From the IMG/VR virus record IMGVR_UViG_3300002835_000026: a stretch of DNA of 64,000 nucleotides. The stretch is one strand, 5' to 3'. Source of the stretch: a virus. The notes under the pieces are model-generated. The model worked only from the letters and a program-made list of their open reading frames with translations. It did no database searches and had not been told where the DNA came from. Below are positions 62,918 through 64,000 of this stretch, one piece after another. Both the position numbers and the translations under genes were made by a program. The first letter of the stretch is position 1. Each line of letters opens with the position of its first letter.

Positions 62918-64000
62918 TTACGCTGGGAATGTTGCTCCTGTAGGTAAGATGTTGAAATCTAAGTAAATAAATTCAGCTGTTCTTGTAGGTTGGATATAAA
63001 TTTGTCCGATCAACTCATTTCTATCAATTACGTCTGCTGTATTATTTGTTTCATTCATAATTACTCTAAACGCGTATAAACCTTGTTTTTGTTGAACTGA
63101 TTCTAAGTATGGATTTACTTGTGATAAGAATACATTTCTTGTTGCTGTTGAATTTTGTTCGAATACTAATGTATTAGCAATTTGTGAAATATAGTTCTTA
63201 AGAGCAATTAACAATCTTCTAACATTTACTCTATCTAAAGCTGATGCTTGAGTTTGTAATGTTTTCTGACCATATACTACTGTACCTGTTCCAGGGAATG
63301 TAGCAATAGGATTTACTTTGTTTGTATATAAAGTATCTCTACTTGTTTGTGGTAATTTTTGTTCTGCTCTAATTACTTGTAATCCACCTCTGTTAATACC
63401 TGCTGGTGCAAACCAAGGCTCAGCTACTGTATCATTAAATGCAAACACACCTGCCATTACTGTTGATGCTGGAACCCAAACGTTCTTTCCTGTAGCAGGA
63501 TCAATCATTTGAACCCAAGGCCAGTATGAAGCAGCGTATGAAGTATTTCTTGAATTAGCTTGTGTTGTTACAGCAGATAATGTTTGAGTCCCATAAGGCA
63601 CTAAATCTAATATAAATAAACTATCTCCTCTTGTTTGAGTATTATTAATCATTGATGTACATTGTGATGTATATCCTGAGTTGTATAATCCTGGAGCAAA
63701 TAAGATATTAAATTTGTATTCATCTTGGTTTGATAATAAGTCAATCATGTCATCATAATCTGCACCTACTAAACCTTGTGTATTTGTACCATTAATAGTC
63801 TCGTAAAAATTAGCTCCTGCTGCTACTGTACCTACACCACCTGTAAATGAACCACTTGAGTTAACTGGAATTGATGATGTATATTGTGGTTTAGCTACTC
63901 CTGTATTATCAAAATAATACGGAGTTGGAGTATTTACTGCTGAAACTCTTACATAACGTGAAGCGTTAAAGTAAGAACCAGATACTTCAATTTGGTTTGT
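62918..64000 (-). CDS. contractile tail sheath protein (5' truncated by window)
   Basis: YWPWV, PWFAPAG..RG, VNPI, GQKT, RVNVRRL, FEQN; frame is open to 64000. Confidence 0.95.
   Translation of the reverse strand, partial: TNQIEVSGSYFNASRYVRVSAVNTPTPYYFDNTGVAKPQYTSSIPVNSSGSFTGGVGTVAAGANFYETINGTNTQGLVGADYDDMIDLLSNQDEYKFNILFAPGLYNSGYTSQCTSMINNTQTRGDSLFILDLVPYGTQTLSAVTTQANSRNTSYAASYWPWVQMIDPATGKNVWVPASTVMAGVFAFNDTVAEPWFAPAGINRGGLQVIRAEQKLPQTSRDTLYTNKVNPIATFPGTGTVVYGQKTLQTQASALDRVNVRRLLIALKNYISQIANTLVFEQNSTATRNVFLSQVNPYLESVQQKQGLYAFRVIMNETNNTADVIDRNELIGQIYIQPTRTAEFIYLDFNILPTGATFPA

Noticed and set aside
81-63512. All plus-strand ORFs in the track (e.g. 1747..2214, 31400..31765, 43576..43848, 48820..49119)
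   Set aside because: They are antisense shadows of well-supported minus-strand genes, with Ser/Phe/Leu-rich composition and no motifs.
1-64000. Stop-codon reassignment, tRNA or rRNA genes
   Set aside because: Conserved genes are full length in the standard code, and TAA, TAG and TGA all serve as real stops. No cloverleaf or rRNA-like segment was seen by eye, though tRNAscan/Infernal were not run.

Overview
AT-rich 64 kb segment of a large T4-like (contractile-tailed) dsDNA bacteriophage genome. Essentially every real gene is on the minus strand and uses the standard code. The host is most likely a Bacteroidota bacterium: about 18 promoters have a TTTG-N20-TAnnTTTA architecture and there are no Shine-Dalgarno sites. 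In transcription order (right to left) the window holds: (1) a tail module (sheath, tube, chaperone with a probable programmed frameshift, tape measure, baseplate, tail lysozyme); (2) a degenerate family-A polymerase; (3) a cassette of probable capsid-packaged cargo proteins sharing an N-terminal leader; (4) replication/recombination genes (SSB, UvsX, 5'-3' exonuclease, helicase) and a class II RNR; (5) a MoxR-vWA module; (6) a 7-deazaguanine cluster (TGT/DpdA-like, QueC, QueD, QueE, HPRT, FolE) whose enzymes have non-canonical metal motifs; (7) a deoxysugar trio (RfbH, StrG-like, RmlD); (8) PolB, clamp, GroES/EL, clamp loader and a Cas4-like nuclease; (9) a glycosylation cluster with plant-type families (GME, GT75/STELLO-like, DUF707); (10) ClpP, a TraR-like protein, a transglycosylase, DNA ligase and many small early genes. 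The strongest candidate for an undescribed system is the rewired deazaguanine pathway, with its phosphoribosyltransferase and altered polymerase motifs. All protein calls come from motif recognition by eye; no searches were run.
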